Assembly (NCBI GenBank): GCA_001780275.1
Contig: MFGB01000023.1
Location: forward strand, 5,375 to 69,374
Source: Candidatus Falkowbacteria bacterium RIFOXYA2_FULL_47_19
Lineage (GTDB): Bacteria > Patescibacteriota > Patescibacteriia > Patescibacteriales > UBA12075
Direction of reading: 5' to 3'
Length of the DNA: 64,000 bases
Positions within the stretch are counted from its first letter, which is position 1, and the number at the start of each line of letters is the position of its first letter. The position numbers and the translations under genes were made by a program. Of this stretch, positions 1 to 10,283 are shown piece after piece. A model generated the notes under the pieces. It made no database searches. It was not told where the DNA came from and saw only the letters and a list, made by a program, of their open reading frames with translations.

Positions 1-325
1 TAAAGTAGCGGACATGCTTCTTGATCTTACGGGGCAGAAGCCAATAGGAAAACTTGCTCCATCCGTGGTCCGGACCGATCCCGCCCAAGGCCACGGCCGC
101 CACTTTCTTGTCTTTAAGAATAGACCAATGCTTTTTAATGAAGCCTTTTAGAGGCATCCGTCCGGCATAGGTGCCGGAAATGACAGCAACAGAGTCCGCC
201 GCCGCCAGCGCTTCAGTCCCGGCCGCCTCAAAGGTCATAAGCGGCGCCTTAAGCGCTTCGGACAACCACTCGGCATATAACTTAGATCCGCCCAACCGGG
301 TCTTGTAAACGATGATAGTGTTCAT
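1..325 (-). CDS. Flavodoxin-like domain protein (HemG/Flavodoxin_5-like), runs off the left edge
   Basis: Manual translation from ATG at 325: MNTIIVYKTRLGGSKLYAEWLSEAL...VAVISGTYAGRM, matching the flavodoxin N-terminal pattern; not in the ORF track. Confidence 0.75.
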   Translation of the reverse strand, partial: MNTIIVYKTRLGGSKLYAEWLSEALKAPLMTFEAAGTEALAAADSVAVISGTYAGRMPLKGFIKKHWSILKDKKVAAVALGGIGPDHGWSKFSYWLLPRKIKKHVRYF

Positions 326-408
326 ATACTTAATGATTAATTTCCATAGGTCTGGTTTTTTTATCCGGATAATGCGGGAGCACTTTGCATAGTCGAAACA
401 CCTTGTAC

Positions 409-438
409 AGTGGGAGCACAAAATTTTGTGCTCCCACT
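409..438. repeat. Perfect 30-bp palindrome, REP-like
   Basis: AGTGGGAGCACAAAA|TTTTGTGCTCCCACT; related to the element at 41284. Confidence 0.7.
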
Positions 439-470
439 ATTCCCGTGCCCCCGCTATAATTCCCATTATC

Positions 471-626
471 CTAATTCCAGGGGCAATCTCCGGGTTCGAT
501 GCAGTTCTGGACAACCGACCCCTGGCCGTTTTCCCCGTGCACCTTGTCTCCGCCGGCATATACCGCGACGGCCGAAAGCGCCATTAAAGAAACTGCCATG
601 GCGAAAACTAATAAGGTTTTTTTCAT
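471..626 (-). CDS. Small secreted peptide, 51 aa (below the ORF-track cutoff)
   Basis: MKKTLLVFAMAVSLMALSAVAVYAGGDKVHGENGQGSVVQNCIEPGDCPWN*: signal peptide ending VYA, plus a short tail with two Cys. Confidence 0.65.
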   Translation of the reverse strand: MKKTLLVFAMAVSLMALSAVAVYAGGDKVHGENGQGSVVQNCIEPGDCPWN

Positions 627-913
627 AATTTTATATTATAAATTAATTAGCGCGCGTGCTTATCTTTTTTTATCAAAAAACATTCCCTGACACATGGGGA
701 TCAATTTGTCTTCGCCCGCCAGTTGACCTCGAAAGAAACGGAATATTTTCCCGGTATCCGCCACCGGGAGAACCGGAAGCAAAGCAGCTGAAATTTATTA
801 TCAGCAATCTTGCCGAAGCCGAATCTATTTAAAGTAAGTTCGATATCAATTACCATATTTTAATAATTCTAATACCTGGAAGAAATGATCGTATATCCGC
901 CTTATTGAATCAC

Positions 914-1303
914 TCAAATTAATTTTTTATCTCCAAGTCCTAAATGTTTTGGACACAGAATACCTATTGCCAGGGCCTCTGTTAAGGCGCGGCACCTTGA
1001 ATCTGGAATCACTAAATACCCATATAAACATTTATCCCGTAAACGATCTTTTTTCCCCTTCAAAAAAGTATGCACAAATGAAGACTGACCACGAAGATGA
1101 TTTTTAAGTCTTTGGCGTAAGCCATTTTTTGCCCTTAACGTTCTCCCTATATGCAAAACCGCACGATCTGGGCCATAAATTATATACACCCCCTGATCGC
1201 ATGACGCATTTACTGCATATCCTTCTTGCGGAAATACTTCCAATTTAGCTTTCAATAATTTGTTTACTAAATTTTTTGTCTTTACATATTCCCCAGATAG
1301 CAT
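914..1303 (-). CDS. GIY-YIG nuclease family protein
   Basis: GVYIIY...HIGRT...LRQRLKNH...E motif order. Confidence 0.7.
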   Translation of the reverse strand: MLSGEYVKTKNLVNKLLKAKLEVFPQEGYAVNASCDQGVYIIYGPDRAVLHIGRTLRAKNGLRQRLKNHLRGQSSFVHTFLKGKKDRLRDKCLYGYLVIPDSRCRALTEALAIGILCPKHLGLGDKKLI

Positions 1304-1482
1304 AAAATAACTTAATTAGTATTAATAATCGAGTTATATATTTTTCCGAATGCATCATGAGTAGATCTTCTTGCTATTCTGGGCAGGGATGAGTCTTTTG
1401 CCTTTTTTGTTTGGTTTATGGAAAACTTTTTGGATAGATTATCTGGATGCCAAATGATAACCAAGTTCGAGGCGATATTGAT

Positions 1483-3279
1483 CTAAATTCGATATATTAC
1501 ATTCGCAATTTCAGCCAGGTCCGCCCCCCTCTTGTGAATTGCTTCTTCTGGATCAGTCAAAAAATTATCTCTGTACTTTCTTTCAATATCTTTATTCATT
1601 ATAAAAATATCATTTTTATAGGCCTCCATTTTTTTATCAGGGGAAGCATCATTTAATTTTCCGTTTTCGTTTTTATCAAATAAAGTAAGATTGCCAATAT
1701 TATTAACAAAGTTTTTCACATCGGCTTTTTTAAGGTTCCAATTTTTTGGGTCACGATCCAATATATGTTCTCGACTCACTTCGTCATAACCGTATTTAGA
1801 ATTTGTTTTATCCTGATGTTTACGGATATCATTTAACAGTATGGTTGTTAATTTGTTATCTTTACTATATTTAATGTCATCGCAAAAATTTTTTTTAAAC
1901 TCTTCGTCCGATTCAACCAATATTTTTAAATCCTTATAGAACTGATCGGATAATTTATTATAATCATTTCCCTGAAATTCTTTTATTTTTTTACATTGCG
2001 ATGCAAAACCTCTTTCATACTTAGACGGTATAACGCCTATTATTTTTGCTCGAAGAGCGAATATCCATAGTTTATCAAGTTCATTATTAAATATTTTTTC
2101 AGTTAAACTACTATCTGACAAATATCTATTTACCAACGACAACAGCACACCATAAACCTGATCTAGGCCAAGGTGTTGATACTTTTCAATCTTTTTAACC
2201 GACTCGATGCTGATTTTATTCTTAGAAATTTTTCTTAATTCATTTACCTGGTCGTTTCTTCTTAAAGCAAGGTATATTTTGGCGTTGTCAATAAGCTCCC
2301 CTATTAATATAGTGATGCCCCTTTCATCCTCATTTTCAACGGCTTGTTTTATACTTGAAAAAACCTCAGAACCTCTTATATATCCATTTTTTGATATCCA
2401 GTAATATCTCAAAAATTTTTCGAATAGCTTGTAATCGGTTTCTTCAAATAATGATTCCAGCTCATACCAAAGAGATTCTATCCTTTGTTCATATTTTGGG
2501 GTTTTGCAATAACTCATTACAACGTTTTTAACTAAATCGATTTGATTCAATGCCTGTCCAGTCGCGTTTAGACCTTCAAACATATTAAAAATGTCATTGT
2601 TCTTTTCGCAAACAATTAAAATAAACTGTGCGTTTACTATTTTTTCCTTAATTTCCTTAGCTTTTTTGAAGTATTTGGACGAATTTTCTTTGCTTAATTC
2701 TATCCTCTGATTGTTCGATATATGCTCATGTAAAAGCTTGAATACGTGTTTGTAAATATTAACTATATGTTTCTCATTATCATCTAAATTGTCCAAATCT
2801 GCCTTCGTTTTAAATTCTTCTTTCTTTAATATTATTTTTTCTAAAATATTATGGATATTCTCTTTGTGAATTTTTATTTTTATTTCTTGTGTATCAGTAT
2901 TACCACTTGGCAGATATTTCAGGTAATAACTATCAATATTCTTCGCATATTCCCTAATTTTGGTTGATAATATTTTATCACTTTTTTTTGCAATTTCAAT
3001 TAATACATTTCTTAAGGCTGATAAGCATAAAATTATAGTAATGATTCTTTGCTGCCCGTCAATAATTTCCACACTATCAGAGCTATTGATTTTCTGCGAA
3101 AGAATGTTGCCAATATAATAACCACTTTCATTTTCCATGATATTATTAAAAAGTTTTGTTACTTTATCCTTGGTCCACACATATGGTCTTTGGTTTTTGG
3201 GCAAACAAAAAAATTCAAATTTTTTTCTTAACTTTTCGAATGTTTTATTTCCTGTTGATTTTTCATCAAAACTCGCCAT
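1483..3279 (-). CDS. DUF262 + DUF1524 (HNH) protein, GmrSD/SspE-like nuclease
   Basis: QRPYVW, IIDGQQR and FEGLNATG (DUF262); EHILD...IGNLTL...N (DUF1524 HNH). Confidence 0.85.
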   Translation of the reverse strand: MASFDEKSTGNKTFEKLRKKFEFFCLPKNQRPYVWTKDKVTKLFNNIMENESGYYIGNILSQKINSSDSVEIIDGQQRIITIILCLSALRNVLIEIAKKSDKILSTKIREYAKNIDSYYLKYLPSGNTDTQEIKIKIHKENIHNILEKIILKKEEFKTKADLDNLDDNEKHIVNIYKHVFKLLHEHISNNQRIELSKENSSKYFKKAKEIKEKIVNAQFILIVCEKNNDIFNMFEGLNATGQALNQIDLVKNVVMSYCKTPKYEQRIESLWYELESLFEETDYKLFEKFLRYYWISKNGYIRGSEVFSSIKQAVENEDERGITILIGELIDNAKIYLALRRNDQVNELRKISKNKISIESVKKIEKYQHLGLDQVYGVLLSLVNRYLSDSSLTEKIFNNELDKLWIFALRAKIIGVIPSKYERGFASQCKKIKEFQGNDYNKLSDQFYKDLKILVESDEEFKKNFCDDIKYSKDNKLTTILLNDIRKHQDKTNSKYGYDEVSREHILDRDPKNWNLKKADVKNFVNNIGNLTLFDKNENGKLNDASPDKKMEAYKNDIFIMNKDIERKYRDNFLTDPEEAIHKRGADLAEIANVIYRI

Positions 3280-3286
3280 ATCTATC

Positions 3287-4111
3287 TCAATAATTCTTAA
3301 TTAAAAATTCTGGTATCGCCCCACGACTACTTGTCATTGAATTTATAGGTCGTGAAACCATAATTTCTATGATTTTATACTTGTCCTTTTTATACAACCT
3401 TCGAATTTCATCTAGGGCATTATTACTTAATATCATCTTTGTTTTTTTCACAGTTAAGCTTTCAACAAATTTAAATAATTTTTCACGATCGGAAAGATTA
3501 AATCTTTCTGGAGTGTAATTGGCAAAGCTTGTTTTTTTCAATGGATCATAACATGGATCCAAATACACCAAGTCATCTTCTTCTACTTTATCAATTATTT
3601 CTCTATAATCTTGCCTTACAATGTTTACACCCTTTAGCAGTTCGGATGCTTTAAGTAAATATTCTTTCTCAAAAATTGAAACACTTTTATTTCTCCCATA
3701 CGGAACATTAAACTCATTTTTAGAATTAACTCGATAAATACCGTTAAAACAAGTTTTGTTGATGTATATAAATGCTGCAGACCGATTAATTCCCCATATT
3801 CTTCCTTTATTATATTTATCTCTAATACCTAAATAAAAAGCCTTAGAATTTTGTTCACGATACTCTCGTAAATATTTCATTAATAAACCTACATTATCGC
3901 GCACAGCAATATATGCATCAATAAGATCTTTGTTTATATCAGAAATCAAACAAAACTTAGGGTTATATTTTTCTTTTACGTAAAAGAAAACTGCTCCTGC
4001 GCCAAGAAATGGTTCAAAGTAACGATTGATTTTATCTGGCAGCTCTTTGTCTATTTTATCCAAAATTCTTCTTTTTCCGCCTGCCCATTTTAGAAATACT
4101 GAAGTATTCAT
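3287..4111 (-). CDS. Dam-family (D12 class) N6-adenine DNA methyltransferase with a variant DPCY catalytic motif
   Basis: FLKWAGGK, EPFLGAGAV, FNGIYRVN, FNVPYG, YLDPCY; probable start at MNTSVF (4111). Confidence 0.85.
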   Translation of the reverse strand: MNTSVFLKWAGGKRRILDKIDKELPDKINRYFEPFLGAGAVFFYVKEKYNPKFCLISDINKDLIDAYIAVRDNVGLLMKYLREYREQNSKAFYLGIRDKYNKGRIWGINRSAAFIYINKTCFNGIYRVNSKNEFNVPYGRNKSVSIFEKEYLLKASELLKGVNIVRQDYREIIDKVEEDDLVYLDPCYDPLKKTSFANYTPERFNLSDREKLFKFVESLTVKKTKMILSNNALDEIRRLYKKDKYKIIEIMVSRPINSMTSSRGAIPEFLIKNY

Positions 4112-4195
4112 TATTTTTAATCTAACACTTAATCTTGTATTATTCAAATGGTCAACTTGGTAAATATTCAGCAGCGCTATATATGTTCTACATAA

Positions 4196-5365
4196 TTAAC
4201 AATTAAAAGTTTTTTGCATCAAGACTTGAAATTGAGTTTCCAATTCGGCGGATTGGGCGAGCATTGATTGCGCTATTTTTTCAGATTTCTCTACTATTTC
4301 AGCAAATTTATTTTGAAGCTCGACAGGTGGCAACATTATGCTCAATCCCTTTAACGCAAAAATTTTTAACTCTGCGAATGTTGTGCCTGATGCAATGCTT
4401 TTATAATTATTTTTAAATTTTTCTTTTAGCGTATACTTGAGATATATATTATTTAGCGATTTCACCTTCACGTGTATCCATAAAACCCTTCCATCCTTAA
4501 AATAAAAAGGCAGTTCAGTATCAACTGACCAAATTCTTCCATCCGGACAAATAGAAGGCATCAATAAATCACCAACTGCAGGAACGCCAGTATGTTTTTT
4601 TAATTCCTGATAATGCTTATTTGTAATAAATAATTTTGGTTTAATAACTTCGCCGCAACTCAACATTCCAATTTCCGTGCCTCTGTAAAATGGAATTCCG
4701 TTTTCTGTAAGCTCATCTACAAAAACTCTTTTACTAGAACCAACATCGCACAAATCGTTTAATTTCTGGAACCCCCACCCCTTCTCATTCTTCACCGGAT
4801 CCCCAAACATCTTCAAAAACACCGACTTCAAATAATCATCCAAAAGCCCGATGGCTTGTTTTCTTTTTTGGCGAAGTGCGTCTGCCTTATCAAGAATTTT
4901 TACAATGCGTTTTTGGTCTTCAAGAGGTGGAAGTGGAATTTCAATATCTTCTATGTCTACGGAGCCAATGTTTTTTTGAGCTATTCCTTTTGCTTTTCTA
5001 ATCAATTTTGATTCAACAATCCCACTTTTTAAAAAATGAAATAAGTAATCCGGAAATACGTCTTTAGACTTAATAATTACTTTCCCAACTCGCTGGTTTA
5101 ATACGGCTGGCAAATTTTCTTTTTTTATTCGTCCTACTCTACCAACATTTCCAGTCAATGAAATTAAAATATCCCCGTCATTTAAAATAAACTTTTCCAG
5201 CAATTTATTATTTAACTTAATATATTTTCTATTGTCATTGGAGATATAGCCATTTTGAACATTTGTTATTCTAATGACTTGAAAACCATCATCAGAATAT
5301 TCATTGCTTTTAAATGCATAGCCATTAAATATTTTAGCTATATTTCCAATTTTTATTTTAGTCAT
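4196..5365 (-). CDS. hsdS: Type I RM specificity subunit
   Basis: Two TRDs separated by IPLPPLEDQKRIV..LDKAD..RQKR and FGDP; C-terminal LPPVELQNKF. Confidence 0.93.
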   Translation of the reverse strand: MTKIKIGNIAKIFNGYAFKSNEYSDDGFQVIRITNVQNGYISNDNRKYIKLNNKLLEKFILNDGDILISLTGNVGRVGRIKKENLPAVLNQRVGKVIIKSKDVFPDYLFHFLKSGIVESKLIRKAKGIAQKNIGSVDIEDIEIPLPPLEDQKRIVKILDKADALRQKRKQAIGLLDDYLKSVFLKMFGDPVKNEKGWGFQKLNDLCDVGSSKRVFVDELTENGIPFYRGTEIGMLSCGEVIKPKLFITNKHYQELKKHTGVPAVGDLLMPSICPDGRIWSVDTELPFYFKDGRVLWIHVKVKSLNNIYLKYTLKEKFKNNYKSIASGTTFAELKIFALKGLSIMLPPVELQNKFAEIVEKSEKIAQSMLAQSAELETQFQVLMQKTFNC

Positions 5366-5367
5366 AA

Positions 5368-6885
5368 CTACAAGTTTTTTAAATTATTAAGTCCGGCCAC
5401 GATTTCCATTTCTAACGCCTCGATCTTCCCCAAAATCACTTTCGGATCTTCGTAAATCGCTTCTTCATAATCCGTCACTTTATAACGATTAATACTCAAA
5501 TCAAAATCCGCTTCTTCGATTTCTTTTTTTTCAACGTAGAAGAACTTGCTATTCCGTTTATTCTCCTCTTGGTCTTTTCGCTTTTTCCATTTCGCCACGA
5601 TATCCGGCAAATCGCCACCACCATTGATCTTGGTTCGCTTATCATCCAGCGAAAAGCCATCTGACTGCATGTCATAAAACCAAACCTTCTCCGTCTCCCC
5701 GCCTTTCACAAAAATCAAAATTGCGGTGCTTACTCCGGCGTAGGGCTTGAACACTCCGCTGGGCATTGAGATAACGCCTTGCAGTTCGCAATCATTGAGT
5801 AACATTTTGCGCGCCTGCTTATGCGCGTTACTGGATCCAAAAAGCACGCCGTCCGGCACAATCATACCGGCGCGGCCGCCGATTTTGAGTGATTTGATAA
5901 TCCGATTAATAAACAGGAGTTCGGTCTTGCTGGTATTGAGCGAAAGCGATTCGTTGATATCTCCTTTATCAATACTCCCCTTGAACGGCGGATTCGCCAT
6001 GATGCAATCGTAAAAATTATCCTCATCGTATTTTTTTGATAACGTGTCTTTCTGTTCAATATTAGGACTGCTGATGCCGTGCATCATCAAGTTCATGAGA
6101 CCAATCCGCACCATACTCTCATCCATATCATAGCCGTAAAAAGTTTTTTCCTTAAGATGAGTCCACTGTTTTTCACTTGTCAGTTTATCGCCCAAATGCC
6201 CGCGCGTCAAACCGTTCTCATCTGTCTTCTGATTTTCCTTGCTGGTATAGGCGGTTATAATATGCTGGTAGGCGCCAAGTAAAAAGCCCCCGGTACCGCA
6301 GGCTGGATCACAAATCGTGTCACCCAATTTAGGGTCAACTAGTTCGCAAATCAATTGAATAATATGACGTGGTGTGCGAAACTGGCCAAGCTTGCCGGCA
6401 CTCGTAATTTCTGAAAGTAAATATTCGTAGAGATCACCTTGCGTATCCTGAAAGCCCTGTCCTTCCGATTCCTGCTTGGAAATCTCTTCAAAAATTTCAT
6501 CTATAATGTTAACCGCTTCTACTAAGAGCGAGGGTTTGGAAATTATAAAAACCGCGTTGCCCATGTGCTTAGCGAAAGGACTTTCCTCCTTGCCGATCGT
6601 TTTGAGGAAAGGGAAAACTTTTATTTGAACGTGTGTAAGCATTTCGCCGCCCTCCATGTGCCGGAAATGACTCCAACGCAACTTTTCATTACCTTTAAAA
6701 AGCGATCGATAAGCCTCACCAGTAAACTCCGCGTCTTGTTTCTTTTTCGTATCCATCTCATCCAATCTTTTCATAAACAGCAAATAAGAAATCTGCTCAA
6801 TGGCAGTCAGTGGATTGGAAATGCCACCGCTCCAAAATTTATCCCAGAGCCGACCGATGGCTGATTTCAGTGTACTATTTAGCAT
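5368..6885 (-). CDS. hsdM: Type I RM methyltransferase subunit
   Basis: GQFRTPRHI, DPACGTGGFL, ANPPF. Confidence 0.95.
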   Translation of the reverse strand: MLNSTLKSAIGRLWDKFWSGGISNPLTAIEQISYLLFMKRLDEMDTKKKQDAEFTGEAYRSLFKGNEKLRWSHFRHMEGGEMLTHVQIKVFPFLKTIGKEESPFAKHMGNAVFIISKPSLLVEAVNIIDEIFEEISKQESEGQGFQDTQGDLYEYLLSEITSAGKLGQFRTPRHIIQLICELVDPKLGDTICDPACGTGGFLLGAYQHIITAYTSKENQKTDENGLTRGHLGDKLTSEKQWTHLKEKTFYGYDMDESMVRIGLMNLMMHGISSPNIEQKDTLSKKYDEDNFYDCIMANPPFKGSIDKGDINESLSLNTSKTELLFINRIIKSLKIGGRAGMIVPDGVLFGSSNAHKQARKMLLNDCELQGVISMPSGVFKPYAGVSTAILIFVKGGETEKVWFYDMQSDGFSLDDKRTKINGGGDLPDIVAKWKKRKDQEENKRNSKFFYVEKKEIEEADFDLSINRYKVTDYEEAIYEDPKVILGKIEALEMEIVAGLNNLKNL

Positions 6886-9685
6886 AATTTAAAATTTTAT
6901 CCGTGAATTGAATTATTTCCTTTTGCATATTTATCGGGAAGACACCGAGGAAGCCGCGGGCATGGATCTTGGTGAACGGCTCGCTAACCAAATCTTTTTT
7001 GGCCAATTCGCCATTGTTTATAATAAAATCACGCAACACAATCAAAAACTGGATTTGCTTGGGAGCCAGTGTGTTGTGCTCGGCGATAAACTCTGCGAAG
7101 GCCTCGGATACTTTTTCGGAAAAAGTGACCAAACCGCCCAAACCCATGATGTATTTTATCAGATCCAAAAATTTCACTTGCCGGGCATCATAGGCTTTTT
7201 GCAAATTTTCCTCGGTCGGATAAGGCTCGTATTCAGCCAAGGTATCGGCCAACTCCTCAACTTCCTCCTGGCTTACCGCTTCACCCTGTTTTAGTTTTTG
7301 CAGCACTTCGTTTTCAGTTTCTAGCTTTTTGATTAACGACTCGACTTTTTCACGGTATTTTTGAATAGTAAGCCGTTCATGTTCCGGGCCGAACTTGATA
7401 TATTCTTTTTGACTCGTTATATCGCGCAGATCAAGCGAATCCTGATCAGGCTTAATCCCCTCATCCCGGTATTTCATCAAAGGGGCAATTTTTTGAATCA
7501 ATACTTCCAGCGCATTATCATCGGCTTTTTTTAAAAAATTGCCATGTAAAATTTCTTCGATTAGCTTTTTCTCCTTGGCAACAACGTTGACTGATAATGG
7601 CAAGTCCGAAACCATCTCAACAAGGGCTTCCCCTAAAACCTGTGCTCGCTTGTCTTGATTATCAAGTTTGGCAATAGAGTAATGCAGTACTTTCAATTCA
7701 AAGCTCATAGCTTTGAAATCTTCGCCCGTCCGCGTGCGCATCAAGGGCGCAATCTCTTTTTCTAAAAATATTTTTTTATCTTCATTTAGTCTTTGCCAAA
7801 AAGTCTCGTCCACTTTTTCCAGCTTGCTTTTGGCGTCCAGTATCACCACATTATTAGACGGCAACTTAGCAATATCTACTTTTAACTTCTGGGTTACGGA
7901 ATTGACCAACTCGGCATTGTTGTGCGAATCCACAATGTTCAATTTCAATAATTTTGCTTCAAAAATCCGAACCGGCAGCGGCTTAGTGGCTTTGTCAATT
8001 TTGCCGGTGGGATTCATTTGGAAATAGTCAAAATTCTCCCAACAATCAATGATAAGAAATTTATCCTTGGTCTTGCACCAGGGCTTAATTTTATTGACTT
8101 CAAGGAGACGAGTGCCGCGGCCGATCATCTGCCAAAATTTTGTATAGGAAAAAACTGGTTTTGCAAAAACCAAATTAACCAACTCACGGACATCGATGCC
8201 CGTATCAAGCATATCAACGCTAATTGCAATTCGCGGGAAGTCTTTATTAATAAATTGATCCAAGAGGCCACCCTTACCATAAACTCTGGCATCGTCAGAA
8301 ACAATCACCTTGGCGATATTGCCTTTGTGCTCCGGATAAAGGTCGTCAAAAACTTCTTGGAGTCGCCGGGCGTGTTTCATGGTCATGGCAAAGAAAATTG
8401 TTTTTCCCGGCAAAGTACCGCTTTCGTCTTTAATGCACTCCTCCATAAACTCCTGAACAATCAATGCGTTAGTACCACGGTTAGTCACTTTTTTTTCAAT
8501 TTCACTGCCTTCGTAATTAATTTCAGCCGGCTCCTTGCCATCAGCCAATAGTTTTTGCTGCTCACCAATTGAAATGGTATCTTTTCTGATGCCTTCTTTT
8601 TGAAATTTAGTTCTGACTTTTAAAACTTCGAAGTTGGAAAGATAGGGCGGTTTATTATTCACGGCTTCGTCAAATGAATAGGCATAAGTCGGAATACCGT
8701 CTGCGCAATCAAATAGCCCAAAAGTATTGTGTTCAACCACGTCCTTGGGCGTAGCTGTCAGCCCCAATTGAATCGTATCAAAATAATCAAAAATATTTCT
8801 ATAAACATTATAAATCGAGCGGTGACTTTCGTCCGCCACAACCATGTCAAAAAAATGCGGACTCAAAGGACAATCATTATTCTCAATGATATTGAGCATC
8901 GTCTGATAGGTAGCACAATATATTCTTCTATCGGTAACAATATCGTGCTCTCCGATTTTCGGCCAAACTGGGGCATTGGGTAAAAACTCCTTAAAAGCAT
9001 CAAGAGCCTGGTTTCTAAGAGCAATTCTGTCTACCAAAAATAAAACTTTTTGAACTCGATTAGTGCGCATTAAAACGTCTATCATGGACACGCATGTCCT
9101 GGTTTTGCCGGTACCTGTTGCCATGACCAGCAATGACTTCCTTTTCCCTTTATCCAGATTTTCAAATACCGATCGGATCGCTTCGATTTGATAAGGGCGA
9201 CCAGAAATATCCCGATTAATCAATTCTTGTGATAGCGGTTTTTCATTATTCCGTAAAAATAACATCCTTTCCAGGTCCTTTTTACTAGGAAAGCCGTAAA
9301 CTTTCCGCGGCGGATATTTTTCAGTTTCCCAAAAATAAATATCGTGTCCATTGGTATAAAAAACAAAGGGCATATCTTTGCCGGAATTTTTTTGAATATT
9401 TTCCGCATACTGGCGCGCCTGCTCCTGACCGATTCTAGCGTCTTTCGAAGTTTTCTTTGCCTCAACCACAGCTAGTGGATAACCATTGTCGCCAAGCAAG
9501 GCATAATCAGCGAACTGATGACCTTGATATTCGTTAAGCGGCTGTTCTTTTGTCATGCCCTCCGAACCCACCCAAATATCTAATTCCGTCGTTACCTGAG
9601 TTACATTACCAACATCCCAACCACCCTTAGATAGTCGCTTATCTATTATATTTCGCCTTGTTAAGGCTTCGTTTATTTTTGCCAT
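6875..9685 (-). CDS. hsdR: Type I RM restriction subunit (EcoEI/EcoAI-like)
   Basis: ADY..VVEAK nuclease motif; MATGTGKT, DESHRS, GLTATP, QMIGRGTR helicase motifs. Confidence 0.95.
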   Translation of the reverse strand: MAKINEALTRRNIIDKRLSKGGWDVGNVTQVTTELDIWVGSEGMTKEQPLNEYQGHQFADYALLGDNGYPLAVVEAKKTSKDARIGQEQARQYAENIQKNSGKDMPFVFYTNGHDIYFWETEKYPPRKVYGFPSKKDLERMLFLRNNEKPLSQELINRDISGRPYQIEAIRSVFENLDKGKRKSLLVMATGTGKTRTCVSMIDVLMRTNRVQKVLFLVDRIALRNQALDAFKEFLPNAPVWPKIGEHDIVTDRRIYCATYQTMLNIIENNDCPLSPHFFDMVVADESHRSIYNVYRNIFDYFDTIQLGLTATPKDVVEHNTFGLFDCADGIPTYAYSFDEAVNNKPPYLSNFEVLKVRTKFQKEGIRKDTISIGEQQKLLADGKEPAEINYEGSEIEKKVTNRGTNALIVQEFMEECIKDESGTLPGKTIFFAMTMKHARRLQEVFDDLYPEHKGNIAKVIVSDDARVYGKGGLLDQFINKDFPRIAISVDMLDTGIDVRELVNLVFAKPVFSYTKFWQMIGRGTRLLEVNKIKPWCKTKDKFLIIDCWENFDYFQMNPTGKIDKATKPLPVRIFEAKLLKLNIVDSHNNAELVNSVTQKLKVDIAKLPSNNVVILDAKSKLEKVDETFWQRLNEDKKIFLEKEIAPLMRTRTGEDFKAMSFELKVLHYSIAKLDNQDKRAQVLGEALVEMVSDLPLSVNVVAKEKKLIEEILHGNFLKKADDNALEVLIQKIAPLMKYRDEGIKPDQDSLDLRDITSQKEYIKFGPEHERLTIQKYREKVESLIKKLETENEVLQKLKQGEAVSQEEVEELADTLAEYEPYPTEENLQKAYDARQVKFLDLIKYIMGLGGLVTFSEKVSEAFAEFIAEHNTLAPKQIQFLIVLRDFIINNGELAKKDLVSEPFTKIHARGFLGVFPINMQKEIIQFTDKILNYAK

Positions 9686-9725
9686 ATTAAATCTATATTA
9701 ACTGTCTAAACCTTGATTTGCTTGA

Positions 9726-9788
9726 TTAAAGGATTAGCTTGATCACGGGCTGCGCGGCGTCAATATGTCTTTTTGTATCTGCGTTCAT
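9726..9788 (-). pseudogene. 20-codon remnant resembling the N-terminus of another HsdM-type gene
   Basis: MNADTKRHIDAAQPVIKLIL*; the first 12 residues resemble, from memory, N-termini of a Type I M family (TKR.ID.AR..LVG). Confidence 0.35.
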
Positions 9789-10185
9789 AATTTTTTTAAT
9801 TTCTTTATAGAATTATTGCCAATAAGGGAACGCGTATAAATAATTGCAATTTATGTTTTTAATGTTATTGAATTCAATAATATCAAAATCTTCATCGCTT
9901 TATCAATTTTTCAAAGCTCCTCTAATACTAAATATTATCTATGTTTTAATGACATCATTAAAACATCTGTGGATATGTCCAACTGATTTATTATAAAAAA
10001 TTAAACCCATGTTTAAATCTATATTAACCGTCATAACTAAACCCTCGACATCTGGCCCGAATTATCCATACTATAGTTTCGATATTTACTATATTTAAAT
10101 AATTTTTACAATTTAGCCTGAAATATTATATTAACCAATATTTAATAAAATAATAGTATATTCAAGGGGTATCTTAATATAAGCA

Positions 10186-10213
10186 TTGACAAATCACGCT
10201 AATGTGTTATATT
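10186..10213 (+). promoter_or_regulatory. Sigma70 promoter with extended -10
   Basis: TTGACA (10186-10191), 16-nt spacer ending TGT, then TATATT (10208-10213); no + strand ORF downstream. Confidence 0.65.
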
Positions 10214-10217
10214 AAAG

Positions 10218-10283
10218 ATACAAATGGCCTTCGGGCTCCGAGACCCCATTTCTTCTTCGGAAGGGATGGGGATCGTCTTTTAT
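10218..10283 (+). ncRNA. Candidate small RNA with two cUUCGg hairpins, convergent with the PemK-like toxin gene
   Basis: GGCC-TTCG-GGCT and CCCCATTTCTTC-TTCG-GAAGGGATGGGG (G-U pairs valid on the + strand), then a T run; directly downstream of the promoter. Confidence 0.5.
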
